The position numbers and the translations under genes are program-made. The notes under the pieces were generated by a model. It was not told where the DNA came from. It saw nothing but the letters and a program-made list of their open reading frames with translations, and made no database searches. DNA of 64,000 bases from Psammoneis japonica (Eukaryota). Location: positions 62,001 to 126,000 of the forward strand of contig QPGO01000082.1 in assembly GCA_008632985.1 (NCBI GenBank), read 5' to 3'. The stretch's first letter is position 1; every line of letters starts with the position of its first letter. Shown here one piece after another: positions 23,618-36,362 of the stretch.

Positions 23618-26600
23618 TCATCTCGTTGCCACAACTCCTCCACGAAACCTTTTGATCCTTCTTCCATTCTTGTCCAAAATGAGCTCGACAACTTTCGACT
23701 TCTTGAAAACGCGTCGAGGGGCAGCATCTTTTGCTGTTTGGCCGTCCCCAGGTGGCAAATTTGGTACATCAATCGTTGTATTTTGAGAGAGATAGTATAT
23801 TTCTTTTCCTGTTCCGTAGAAGACTTTCACCTTGACCAACGATTCAACACCTTCCTTAACTGCTTCGTCCACTCCTCGAAAGTCACCGTATACACTTGTC
23901 CTCAAGAACAATCCCGGAGGCAATGGAACCGGCTCTTCCCTCACTATCGCCTTACCATTTCGTCTCAATCTCACTTTCACAAGCACTGGATCTCTCACAA
24001 AGACGTATTTGGTTGTCTCAATGTTGACATCAGCGTCGAAAAGAGGCATGGTGGATGCTTTGATCTGGAGCGCGATATCGTTCTCGTAGCTTGCTTGTCC
24101 ATATCGTTGATAATCATTATTCTTACAGTAGTCATGAAGATAGTTCGGAGGATTATCAAAGACATGACAGTACTGCGGGATGGACTTGGTCAACGCTATG
24201 TATGTGCAACACGTAAAGCGTTCATTGACAGCTCCTACGGGCGCACCAAGGTCTTGCATGTACGTCAATCCAGAGACGAAGTATTTGTTGCCTTCGCATC
24301 CAGGGACACACTTCACAGGGTCAAAGTTTGGGGGCGTATTCCCGATCAGATCGGACCATTGTTTGCATGAACTTGAGGCGGCACAATTGGGATCGTTGCC
24401 ATTTCCGTCTCCGGATGGGTACTCATCGTTCAGCTCAAATAGCGAGGACCAAGCTCATGTACTGCGACGAAAGCTCCGTCTGGGTGAGTAGAAATCGTGG
24501 CAATGTTTTTGTAAGGATATCCAGCTCCTCCGTACGTGTAATCATCACTATGGATCACCACGGTTTGGAGGTTGGCACCGACGGAAAAACACTTTGTTGC
24601 CAAACTCTCTGTAATGGCGACGTCACAGCACCTGCGGTGAAATGTTTTGAATGTTTAGCGAATCAGCAAACGAATACTTTCAAAGGCACTTCAGAATATG
24701 TTGGCAATGACTCACAGCAGACGATCCACTCCCTCGCACCCGAAATGACAAAATGATTCACTCAGTTTTGAGGGATCAACAAAAAAGACGTTTAGCTGAT
24801 CAACTTCTTTTCCAAAAGCGCTGTAGTTTTCAAAAAAGCGATTTGTCTTTTTGACCTGTCTACGCCATGCCTTGTGCGTGGTTGTGTTGAATGCCGAGCC
24901 CACAAAAACAAGATTGATTTTGTTTGTGTCAAATGGTGTCCCGTAGATGTGTCTTAGCGGGTAGCATTCAGAAGAAGCCATGCACGCACCGTTTCGACAA
25001 GTGTTCGAAATGCAGTCATCGTCTTCGCTGCAAACCATTCCCGTTTTTCTAGGTGTCGGAACAGAATCGAGGAATACACTTGATCGTGCCTCAGAAACTG
25101 CAGTATACGAAGCCGTCGGTGACAATGTTGACGTTGGCGTTGGCTTCATAGTTGGCGAAGCTGTAGGTCTGCTTGTTGTTAGCGAAGATGTTGATCCAGA
25201 AGTTGGAGGTGATGTCGGTGGTGATGTCGGGTCGGCAGTAGGCTGACGGGACGGTCGTCTTGTAGGAGAAGCAGTTGTTTGGGTCGTAGGTAGTCCTGTG
25301 GGCAATGCTGTTGGCGGATCGGTTGGAGACAATGTAGGTACAGTAGTTGGGATTGGGCTAGGCGAACGCGTTGGAGAAGATGTAGGTACTGTTGTTGGTG
25401 TCACTGTTGGCTTGGACGTGGGCCAATTCGTCGTTTTTTTGGTGGGCGATGGCGTTCTAATCAGCGTGGGCAATGGGGTAGGTGAACGTGTTGGGGAATA
25501 TGTAGGCTCAGCCGTCGGGGACACCGTGGGTTGCTTAGTCGGCGATGGGGATGGAATTGGGGTGGGTGATGGGGTAGGATTTCTGGACGGGGACGTCGTT
25601 GGGGGCAGTGCCTGAGGCGCACTTGTTGTGGAAGTCGCTGTTGATTGCGCTGCCTGAGCTGCAACGTGTTGCTCTGCAAACTGAAGTGCACGAGGAAGAA
25701 CGTCGATGGCCAATGGTTTGTTTCTGTTCGGGCAGTTTACGTGAGTACCGACTCCCGGGATACTAGTAGAGTGACCAGCATTGTAAAAGTTCCAAGCATA
25801 AAGAATAACGAAACCGGACCCGAATGGAATCACGCTCAATATGTGCTTTTCTTTCGTTCCATATATTGGTGTGCATGCTGATGCGTCCCCGCACGTGAAA
25901 AACTTGGTAGTTGAAAGGCATTCCACAGAGCTCGGTCCACCTTGAAACACGGTACCCGCAGCATTTCTTGAGTTGAGTTGTACGAACGTTCGAATATCAC
26001 AGTAGCCAGCGTCGCCGATGTTCCAGCCAGGGAATATCAAATTTATGAAGGCAAGACTACTCGTCTGCAATGACATCAACAATAGTACACCGCCGTTCTT
26101 GACATACTCCCTCAGGGTCTTCTCCGCTGTAGCCCCCCAGCCGTCAACGAAGCTAAGAGTTGGTTGAATTGGAGGCATGATGAAAGCACTAAAATCTTTC
26201 AATTTCAATGCCAGATTTGGAGCTGCGAACGTCTTTATTGACGTGTCAATGTTGTAGTTGTTGAAGTCTCCGTTTGATTGTGTCAAGTACTCCAGGCTCG
26301 ACAATACATTAAGAGTGTCATCGTTGCACTGGCCAATGCCTGGCCCATTAAGTCCGTCTTGAGCATATATCCCCACAGCTGAAGAAGACTGCACCTTCGC
26401 GTCGCTTGCAACCATTTCACCACCGCCACATGAGCAGCAAGCATTGATCGCGAATGTACCCAAGTTCTCGAAGATGTTTCCATATTGTTGGCAGTTGTCA
26501 TCAATCGCGTACCAATCGCAATTGTACTGTTTACCATCCCCATCGTGCCAACCTATTGGGGAATCGCGGCATACCGTAGAAGAGGGGGCGCTGGGCACGG

Positions 26601-27570
26601 TTGGACGTGGGCTTGCCCCCTGAGCCGTAACGTGTTGTTCTGCAAACTTTAGTGCCCGAGGAAGAACTTCGGTGGCCCATGGATCGTTTCTGGAGTAGCA
26701 GTTAACGTGGGTACCAATGCCCGGGATGTTGATTGCATGACCTCCATTGTAAAAGTTCCAAGCATAAAGAACAACAAAACCGGAGCCGTATGGAAGCAGA
26801 GTCACTACTTGCTTTGCCGTCGTTCCATATATGGGTGTGCACGCAACGTCCCCGCAGGTGATTAACTTGGTAGTTGAGGGGCAATGAACATAGCTGGGTC
26901 CGCCCTGAAATGTAGTACCAGCTACATTTCCTGAGTTGATTTGTATGCGCTCTCGACAGTAGCCATTGTCACCAATGTTCCAGCCGGGGAAGATCGAGTT
27001 CACGAAGTCGAGACTCCCCGGTTGCACCGACATTGTCAACAAGACACCGCCGTTTTCAACATATTGCTTTATGGCGTTCTGTGCTGCAGTCCCCCAGCCA
27101 TTAACATAGCTAACAGGAAGCGGAATAACAGGCATGATAAAAACACCAAAGCCTTGCAGCTTCGATGCCAAATTGGGATCAGCGAACGTCGTAATTGATG
27201 TATCAATTTTGTAGTCGCTAAAGTCCCCGTTCCTTTGTGTCAGGTACTCCAGACTTGACAATACATTAAGAGTTTCATCGTTACAATTCCCTAACCCTAT
27301 CCCACTGCTAGGGCCATTGAGTCCCTCTTCAGAATAAACGCCCACGGTCGGAGCAGAATGAACGTTGTCGACCAAGACAACAAGAAGTAGAGCCAACAGG
27401 ACGAAACGAAAAGCTCGAAGGGAGGGAGCTACGGAATTCGTTGTTCGATCAACTGGTGATCCATGCTGTAACTGCATACACCTATCGGTGAACATGAGGC
27501 GTTGCTTCGTTGGACTTTCCTCCATGGTGTTTGTCGCTCGTCGCTTGGCGTCGCTTTTTGTGTTTCTCAT
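23618..27570 (-). CDS. Secreted multidomain protein: two tandem repeated domains, Cys-rich module, Pro/Thr stalk, C-terminal peptidase M64-like metalloprotease
   Basis: Hydrophobic signal (FVLLALLLVVLV), two paralogous domains of about 240 aa, PT-rich linker, then KINLVFVG, YGGAG and VAVHELG(H)SLFELNDEY. Apparent indels near 24712 and 24449. Confidence 0.75.
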
Positions 27571-27810
27571 CGCCGTTCATGGTCACAGCAAAATTCTTCG
27601 AAACAAAAGGGCTTATGATTTTTCTTTTTACAGTGACCTCTCGTAAATAATAGGTAGGACTGTACTGTGCAATAGACATTATGGCAGGCGTAGAAAACAA
27701 CTACCGACCATTATGACATATGCCTTAGTTTTTTAGTACATGTGTGTCATATCGGGAAAATACGGGATATTTATGCCCTTTTTTAATGCCTGGCGTCCGA
27801 ACGATGTCAT

Positions 27811-28336
27811 GTAAGGGCTGAGATGAGCGCGCGGATAAAGGAAGTGGTCAGTCCCGCCTACTCGTGACTCAGTACTTTCCTACGGTGAAAATTGCGTAGA
27901 AATCCAAAGATGACAAAAACGGTCCGATAACTTCCGCTAACAATAATATCAACTGCATGTAATGTACATTCATTGTTCTTTAATATGTGAATGAACCACT
28001 TTAAGCGTTGGATGCAGTTATTTTGACGAATTGGAAGGTGCTCCGAACAAAAGACGAATCGTACGGAGCACCGTAGCTTTGTACGTAAAGTAGTGCTAAG
28101 CGTTATTTTGGCGAAGTTCGTCAAAGTAACTGCATCTAACGCTTAAAGTGGTTCATTCACATATTAAAGAACATTGAATGTACATTACATGCAGTTCATA
28201 TTATTGTTAGCGGAAGTTATCGGACCGTTTTTGTCATCTTCGGATTTCTACGCAATTTTCACCGTAGGAAAGTACTGAGTCACGAGTAGGCGGGACTGAC
28301 CACTTCCTTTATCCGCGCGCTCATCTCAGCCCTTAC
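27811..28336. mobile_element. MITE/foldback element with near-perfect inverted arms of about 220 bp
   Basis: gtaagggctgagatgagcgcgcgg...tttgacgaa (27811 to about 28030) is the reverse complement of ttcgtcaaa...ccgcgcgctcatctcagcccttac (about 28116-28336). Spacer about 85 bp. Probable TA target duplication. Confidence 0.9.
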
Positions 28337-28550
28337 TCCGCAAGGATGGACAGACAGGTATCCGACATGGACGTACGTATTACGACTCCTTCGACCCCCC
28401 GTTGGCGAGCAACGAGCAAGGCGAAGCATGGAAGCATGCGAAGCAACAAGCAACATAGATGCTGAGCGCTGAGCGCTATTGGTACAAGCAAACCTGATGT
28501 CGCTGGTCCCAACCATCGCTTCATAAAGACAGCCGTAGATTTGTAGGAGG

Positions 28551-30191
28551 ATGAGGAGCGTTAATTTTCTCATTCAGTGTTGCAGCAAGCGCCGCAGAAT
28601 CAACTATTTTGTCGGCAACACGAGATCCTTATCATCGACATCTTCCGGGGAACGTCTCCGCGTAGCTGTAGTGGGTGGAGGAGTGGCTGGTCTCTCTTCG
28701 GCTCTCCATTTGTCCGAGTTGGTAGAGAAAGGATTAGTGCAGGGTCCGATTGATGTTTTCGAGGGCGGTAGGAGCGGAGACGAAGAGGAGTTTCCGAACG
28801 GCACCGGTCCCGTTGGCAGGGATATAGGCGTTGGAGTCTGGAGCACTGCACTCAAGCCACTTTCTGGACGGAAATCCTTAGATCTTGCGTTTGCCAATCT
28901 GACAAGTGCCGGAAAATGGGTAGGAGAAGTAGGATACACAACACCCGAAGGAAAGTGGCTAGCGAAGAGTCAGTTGCCCACCACCACCGATAATGAGATG
29001 CCGGCTTTGCTGTTTCTCAGAGAAAAGGATTTACTTTCTTCGCTTCGTCAGGCTGTTCATCTGGAAGAACGAGCTGGAACTATCAAGGTTCATTGGGACA
29101 AACGTGGAAACACAACTAGAGCTAATGGTATTTTTGACAAAAGTCTAGGGCCTTTCTCAGCATCCGTTTCTCTCGATGGCGAGGATTACTCTAGTGAACA
29201 TCACTACCATTTGATTGTTGCAGCCGATGGCATTAATTCAACTTTGAGAAAAGCCTATGGTGGTTATCATCGACAGCGACGCTTGATTGGTACAGCAGCG
29301 TTACAGCAGGATGAAGCCCAACAAAGATCTTTGTATGGATCCCAAGGTGGTCACGTAGCTGCAAATGCCATTGAAGATCGGAGGTATACTGTGTTTCGGG
29401 GTAATGCGAACATGACGGTGGACGAAACAGGCATGGGTGGAGTTAGTTTTCAAACATGGGGAATTGGTAAAAGCATGCGCTTTGCCACTGTGCCGATGAG
29501 CTACGGTGAAGCTGGAGCACGTGTTGAGAAGCAAGTGTGGTTCGTCACAACCGCAGACGATTCCATCTCCTCAGAGAAGGATGCTACAAAACGACAGGAG
29601 ATGTTGTTGTCGTCTTTTGCTGAATGGCATGATCCGATCACACAGCTCATTCGTAATACTCCAGCAGAGGACATACTAATGGAGCGAGCAGTCGCGCACA
29701 GACACAGTATGGGACCTGTTGGCAATGTTGCTGAAATCATCTCAAGTCGAAGTGAAGCCTCTACGAACTCCTTCAACCCAGGTCCTGCGTTAGTGTTTGT
29801 GGGGGATGCTCACATGGCGGTGGATCCTATATTGGCGCAAGGATTCACGATGGCAATGGAAGGTGCTCATGAATTGAAACTCACTGTAGAGAAAAGTCTC
29901 GGCACAAGTTCAAGTCTGTCGACTGGCCCATCGTCATCGTTGGCATTCGATCCATATGCGTTAAGATCGGGGCTGCAAGAGCGTCATGTTCGTCGAGGTC
30001 GGCGACTGTTGTGCCTATTGAGAGCGACGGAACTAGTGCAGAGCCTTGGCCAACCTGATTCGAGAACACTATCAGGCCTGTTTAGTCGTAGCGTTATCCG
30101 GCCACTTATGCGCATTTCTCCGGACGTTATCAAGCGGCCAATTTTTGATGCCATGCTAAAATACTCCTTGGGAGTTCACTCTAAAAAGTAA
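28551..30191 (+). CDS. FAD-dependent monooxygenase (aromatic-ring hydroxylase / zeaxanthin-epoxidase-like fold)
   Basis: Intact 546 aa. Three flavoprotein hydroxylase fingerprints: VAVVGGGVAGL, LIVAADGINS, FVGDAHMAVDPILAQG. Confidence 0.88.
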   Translation: MRSVNFLIQCCSKRRRINYFVGNTRSLSSTSSGERLRVAVVGGGVAGLSSALHLSELVEKGLVQGPIDVFEGGRSGDEEEFPNGTGPVGRDIGVGVWSTALKPLSGRKSLDLAFANLTSAGKWVGEVGYTTPEGKWLAKSQLPTTTDNEMPALLFLREKDLLSSLRQAVHLEERAGTIKVHWDKRGNTTRANGIFDKSLGPFSASVSLDGEDYSSEHHYHLIVAADGINSTLRKAYGGYHRQRRLIGTAALQQDEAQQRSLYGSQGGHVAANAIEDRRYTVFRGNANMTVDETGMGGVSFQTWGIGKSMRFATVPMSYGEAGARVEKQVWFVTTADDSISSEKDATKRQEMLLSSFAEWHDPITQLIRNTPAEDILMERAVAHRHSMGPVGNVAEIISSRSEASTNSFNPGPALVFVGDAHMAVDPILAQGFTMAMEGAHELKLTVEKSLGTSSSLSTGPSSSLAFDPYALRSGLQERHVRRGRRLLCLLRATELVQSLGQPDSRTLSGLFSRSVIRPLMRISPDVIKRPIFDAMLKYSLGVHSKK

Positions 30192-30458
30192 GTTACGCTC
30201 ATAGTTAATTGTTGAAATTACTCGAAGCTGAGAATTTGTGTTTGACTAGAGAGCAAACGTCGATTACTTGTGTTTTGATTTCAGCTTAAGGTGTTGTCAA
30301 ACGTTCCAGCAAGCGCAACCGTTCTCTTAGTACAACTCCAGTAAGACTTCTATCATACTCTCTACATTAAAAAGATTTTGGTGCCAGTAGCCCAGTACGT
30401 CCGATACAGGTCTACTTCCTAAGCTGTTTAATGTGTTTTCTAGTACCAAAGAAAGGAT

Positions 30459-33400
30459 TTAGTAAGGGAAGGTGCCGCGAGGAAAGTACTTCCTTCGAAA
30501 CCGACTTTGACGGAGCGAGCTTGTGTAATTCGGATGGACACGGCTCACGTGCTCGCCAATCTTTTGACGGACATTTCGGATTGTTCCACATTCTTCGTCC
30601 TCGTCATCATATTCTGCAGCTGAATCAACATCATAGCTGCCGACATCTGAACAATAATCTTGAGTGTAACATGATCCACTGCTTTTGCCACAAGCGGGCT
30701 CTGAATCCGACGCGTCGAACCCTTCTGTACCGGTACTCGCAAGCACGGTTTCTTCAAAGTCACTATCTTGTTCAAACTCATCACTGAAAGAGGAGTCACT
30801 GGATGAGTCACTATTGTCGCTACTAGCAGATGAATCATCCTCACTTTCTTCGTGACGATTCTGTAATTGCCACCGAGAATTCCAGTCGACGGCGTTCATT
30901 TGGTCGTGCATCAGCATCGACTGTGGACGACACACGGGCTCGCGATAACGATCATTTCCTCTTGTAGAACGGAGATGCCCTGCAGGAAGCGAAAGAAACG
31001 AAAGAGTGTAAGGAAAGGCGGAACAAACACGAAGTTGATACAGAGTATACAAAAAACCTACCGAACCAATTTCTTGAAAATGACATGCTTTTCTCAAAAA
31101 GAAAACGTTGCTTCACGTCGCGATCTTCCCATGCGAACTCGTCTAGAACGTCAGCTTCGGGAGAATAGAATGTACTTTCATAAATGGAAACGACGTCAGC
31201 CAACAAATACCCAGGGTGATTCTTCGTTCTAACTTCGTAGCGGCGCTTCCAGTGATGTTTAACGGTAGCCACAGAGCGTCTGAACTGCCTTGTTTGTCTG
31301 GACCACCTGGCCAAAGCCCTCGCGGCTGACACACCACTTAGTGAGGATGGGCTCCGTGTACCATTCACAGTATCCTGAGTCCGCTTCCATCTCAGTTCCC
31401 AAGGGCTTTTTTCTCTTGTTACCGCGCGAGCTAATCTCCTTCCGGATTGTGTTGATTCTTCGGACCTTTTTGAAGATAGGTCATCAATGTCTGTGGAAGT
31501 ACGCGAGAAGCTACCACTGATGTGGTCTGCATATTCATTGTTCACAACGGAGGGAGCATTTCTCCCATTGTCTCCCGGCCTTACTCGTGTTGGTTAGGAG
31601 CGTGGTGAGAGCCATGCTCCCATGGATTCGTATTCCTCACCACCGCGCGGGCTACTCTCCTTCCGGATCGCGTCGATGCAGACATTTTTGAAGATAGGTC
31701 ATCGCTGCCAGTGGAAGTTTGCGCAAGACTGCCGTTCACAATGGGCTCTTCTGGTCTTTGTGGTCGGTTTGGAGCTTTATGAGACGCGTGGTCCCATGGA
31801 TTTGTATCCCTCACTACCGCGTGGGCTACCCTCCTTCTGGATCGTGTTGGAGACATGCTTGACGACAGGCCGTCGGTGCCGGTGGAAGTCTGAGAAAGGC
31901 TACTGTTGATGTGGTCTACATATTCGTGTCTCACTGTGGAGGCAGCCTTTCTACCGCTGGGACGGTACGTACCGTGATCTCCTGGCCTTCCTTGTGTCTG
32001 GTAAGGAGCTCGGTGAGAACCTTGATCCCGTGGCTTTGAATCCGTATCCGTAAACACTGCGCGGGCTAATCTCCTTCCGGATCGAGTCGATACCGACATT
32101 TTTGACGATAGGTCATCAGACTCGAAAAAGGTATCGGTAGACGTCTGCGCGAGACTATTGTAGTCTTGGTCGGTAGATTCGATGTTGTCAACGTCGGGAG
32201 CCTCTTCTGCACCAGTGCGGTATGAGATGGGGTTTCCTGGACTTCCGTGCACTTGGTAGGAAGTATGGAGGGACTTATGATCAAGTTTCGGATCCAGTTC
32301 ACGAGAACGCATTGGAATCTGATGTTGACTGGAGATAGAGCGGGGTGAAGTTGCCGGTGGGGAAAGAGGTGCTGGTGGTGGAGGAGGAGGGGGGAGCGGG
32401 TGGGATTTCCCGCAAAGTATGTCACCTACTTGAGTCGCATCCGACGCGCTTCTGCTGTCGTTGCTTGCTTGCCAGTCAGCGTCGTCATCGTTTACAGAAT
32501 GTGACCCCAAGCGAGTTTGCTTCTCGCGATCGATATCAAGCCCATCCTCACCAGTCGAGTATTGCTTGCCGGAATTTTGGGGGGAATTCCTTACAATTTG
32601 CGACGGGACATTGAAGGCGGTGGCGTCTGAGGCGGTGGCGGAGGGGGGCCTTGGAAGTATCTTGGTGAAGTCGGATGGGGGTTAGGTATTGATTCACGCG
32701 AGAAAACTGACACTGTTTCATTCTGCCTATGTGGGACTCTTTCTTCCTTGATATTCAATGCAAGTCGTTCCATTTTACTTTCGAGCATACCAGTTTTATC
32801 GTTGTTGCTTGAGTTGTCTTTCATCTGTGGGCTACGCGACTGCATTGCCTTCAAGTGGTGCGGAGGCGGCGTCTGAGGAGGGGGCGGAGGGGGGTCTTGG
32901 ATGTATCTTGGTGAAGTCGGATGATCAATTTCATCATTGTTAACTGAGTTCTCTGTCACACGTGGGCTACGCGACTGCACTGTCTTCAAGTTTTGCCGCG
33001 GTGGGGGCGATGGTGGAGGAGGTGGTGGTGGAAGAGAGAACATTGGATGACCAGACGCTACACTCAACGTAGAATGGCTGTTCGATGACCAATAATTGCT
33101 CTGCGTACTAGATTCATCGCAAGAGGCTCCCTGCCCTCTGCTTCTGCCCCCACTTTGTCCGAGAAAAAACTGCTCTCCGTTCTCTCCGCATGATCTCGGG
33201 CTAAGTGGTGGTTTTGAGTGATGCCAAGACGGAGGCGGCGGCGGGGGAGGCACTTGCGCTACGAGATCGAAACCCTTTGCGGCTGCATCTGAGCTTGTAC
33301 AAGAGTGCACCTCGAGCAACGTTTTGCTCTCGTCGGGTCTCTTGCACTCTTCGCAGTCATGATTCTCGCTATCGCTCTGATGTTCCATCATGGCGGAGTC

Positions 33401-34930
33401 CATGGTCAGTTCGGAGTTTCCAGTATAAGACGATTCAACGAGCGGGAATTCGTCAAAGTCGCTGCCTGTATCCACTTGAAGCTGCACTTTCGAGGACGCT
33501 GGTGAATTCTGATCAAGGCCGTGGGGTATCGCTTCGGTGTCCGTGCATTGCGGGCTATCGACTGATTCGGAACTTTCCTGGCGATCCTTCTCACAACTAG
33601 CATCTACTGGCTCGTCTCTCTTAGACCTATCTTCCACAGTAGTATCCTGTGCAATGTGATTTTGGCAGGAAGATTCTAGTGCTGCTCTGGAGTTCACTGA
33701 TAGTGCATCGAATGAATGGAGTTCATGTTTGTCAATCTCGTCCACTGCAACGGGCGATTCTTCGCCGCTAGCTTGTATTTCCATTGTTGACAGTTCTCGT
33801 TGATTCTGATGAAGGCTTTCGGACGACATAGAAGCATCAAGTGTCTGGCTTTGTGCTGTTGTGCCATTTTCAACTCCATGACTGAATTCGTCGCCGCGGT
33901 GCTCTTTGCTATCACCGTCCTGCTGTTCCAACGACGAGGAAGAAGACGTCTCCTCAAAGAAAGTGAACACATCCTGAGTCTTACCACTAGTTGGAGCATC
34001 AGGAGATTTCATTCCAGAACAAAACCGACCCGCGCTAGGTGATTCTGGCGGCGGTGCTACATCAGTTTGCGATGAAGGAGAACGGACCGCAGACTGAATG
34101 GTAGCTTTTCTGTCTGGCGTCCCCGCAGGGCTTGACATACCGGTGTAATAAGGACGATTCGCTCCGAAGTTTCGCCTAGAGCGTCGACGCGGCGATAGAC
34201 ACAACTGTTGAAGTAGCGGGGACACTGGAGCGGGTCTTTCCGGTTGCTTATCAAGATCCACACTCACCTCGAGTTCGCGAGGTTTAGCGGTCTGTTCCTT
34301 TGCAGCGTCGTTTTCATTCGCGCCACTATCGTTCTGTTTTGATTTTTCTGCAACCTCGAGCTGGAGAGTTTTCTGTTGACGAGCTGAGCCCAATGGGCTA
34401 CTAGACCAACGCGCTCCATTCAAACCAAAGTTTCTGTTGAATCGATGCGGGGAACGGCGAAGCTCACGAAACAGCGACGGCGAGGTTGGGTATGCGTTTT
34501 CCACTTGTTTCTTTTTGTCGAACATTTCGCCTTCGTCTTCTTCTTTGATAGAGTCATCAACAAAACTTGCAGTCCAGCTCCCGCCATCAAGGTCGTCGCC
34601 TTTCTTTGGTGTGCTTGGTTTACTTGCCTGCAGCTGTGATACTGTCTTCAAACTCGACCATTGATCAACAACAGTTTCTCGCCGAGGTGAAGTGACGCTA
34701 GAACACGGTTCTTCGGCATCCTGGGATGTTAACACGGTTAGCTGTTGCTTCCTCGTACTTTCATTGCTTTGCTGAATTTTCTGCTGCTGCTTCGCCTTGT
34801 TCCGTTGCCTCACTTGTTTTAGTTTTTGTCGACGCATCTCGCCAACACTGTTCCTTCGCGTCGTTGATTACTCGCTCGATGCTCAAGACTACAATGCCGC
34901 TTTCTCTCTCCTCCTCCAAAATGGAACATT
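30459..34930 (-). CDS. Large Ser/Pro-rich low-complexity protein of unknown function
   Basis: Four consecutive same-strand ORFs (748, 309, 197 and 212 aa) share internal repeats (HPTSPRY..PPPPPPQTPPP x2; S.SQTST..D.LSS..S...S.RR.A.AV x4). Breaks are probably indels or introns. Start uncertain. Confidence 0.6.
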
Positions 34931-35389
34931 GAACTCAACTCAGCAGTTCTCACGCCCCAAAGTTTACTATTTGCCTCTCTCTGTCGGTTTTGTTTGCAAC
35001 ACTGTCCCATGAATATAACACTGTCCTTTTTCCTTCTTCCCTCCTTCTTTTGCGTGTGGTGTGTCTTGTGGCAACAAAAACGATGTTCATAAAATACCTC
35101 CAAAATTAAAATTGAAATAAATATAATGAGCTACATTCACTAATATGCTATAAATATTTTATATCACAGAATGCTCAATCGCTTATGTGAAAAACTTTAT
35201 CAACAACATATATAAATATATAGCGGATTAAACATCGATGAAAATCATACAAGAGTCAACAAGTCGCATTCGCCAAACGCGCACTCCGCACCAATGCACA
35301 TGCAACGGACCACCTACAGGTTACAGGCTGCGCGTCGAATCTATGTAATGGTCTGCGACCGGCACTGCAGAGTGGCTGGCTGGCTATGA

Positions 35390-36135
35390 CAGTGCCACTC
35401 TCCAAACCATCGGACCCCTGTCAGGACTGTGCGCCACCTCCTCAGACGTGCATCATGAACCCACCAACCTCATTCCACATTCACCACTCAAGCGCCCTGC
35501 CGACGTTGGATTCAAACTCACCCCTGTCTCCTCTGCTGCTGCGCCCACCACCCATTCCTGTTTTTTGCCATCGATGTTGCCACCCCCAAACCCACACCAC
35601 CACTTCCAGCTCCTCTGGCTTGCCGCCCCCATCCAAGACCCCATGACCAAGGCACACCATGCGAGCACAAAACAGGAAATTCCATGGGACTCACGAAACC
35701 CAACGTGGCACTGCCGGCACCCACCTTGCACCATTCACAGTTGATCACCTTGGCTCGCTTGAATGCTTTGCTCATCACCACCTCTTTGGCGACACTCAAA
35801 AACATCCACTCCCTCCCCCACCTCCTCCACCCTGGAACTCAGAATCCTCTTTTCAACACCCATCTGCCTGCGCGGCCTTCTTCCCAATGCTGCAACTGCT
35901 TGGAATGTCATCACCTTCACCAGGTTTGGTCTCACACACCACACCACCACCCCAAGCCAATGGGCCTTTCAAAGTCTCAGTCTTGTGGCCCAAATCTCTC
36001 GCCAACCAACTTTTGCGCCACTCCACCAAACTTCAATCACAACTTGTCAGTCCAACCCCAAGAACCCTCCCCCGCTCCCCACCCACATGACACCATTTCA
36101 TCCCACCACACCATCTGCACTTCACACCACACTGC
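35390..36135. other. Small TpA-free island (degenerate repeat) upstream of APC5
   Basis: About 740 bp with no TA that I can see, C/A-rich, flanked by TA-rich intergenic DNA. Confidence 0.7.
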
Positions 36136-36362
36136 TTACGGCAATGTTCCGGATGACATTTCGTCTTGGTGCCAGCGGCAAGTGCAAAAGTGAGAGCGAT
36201 GGACAGACCGTACTAGTTTCTCCTTCATACATCATAATCATACAGTACAGGGTCTATTACTGTGTCATTCGACGGATCTGTTGTTGCGTTGCTTGCTTGC
36301 GGACGTTGTTTCAGACCTCTCCCTCTCCCCAATTGAGATACAAAAGCAGTGGTGATAACGCC

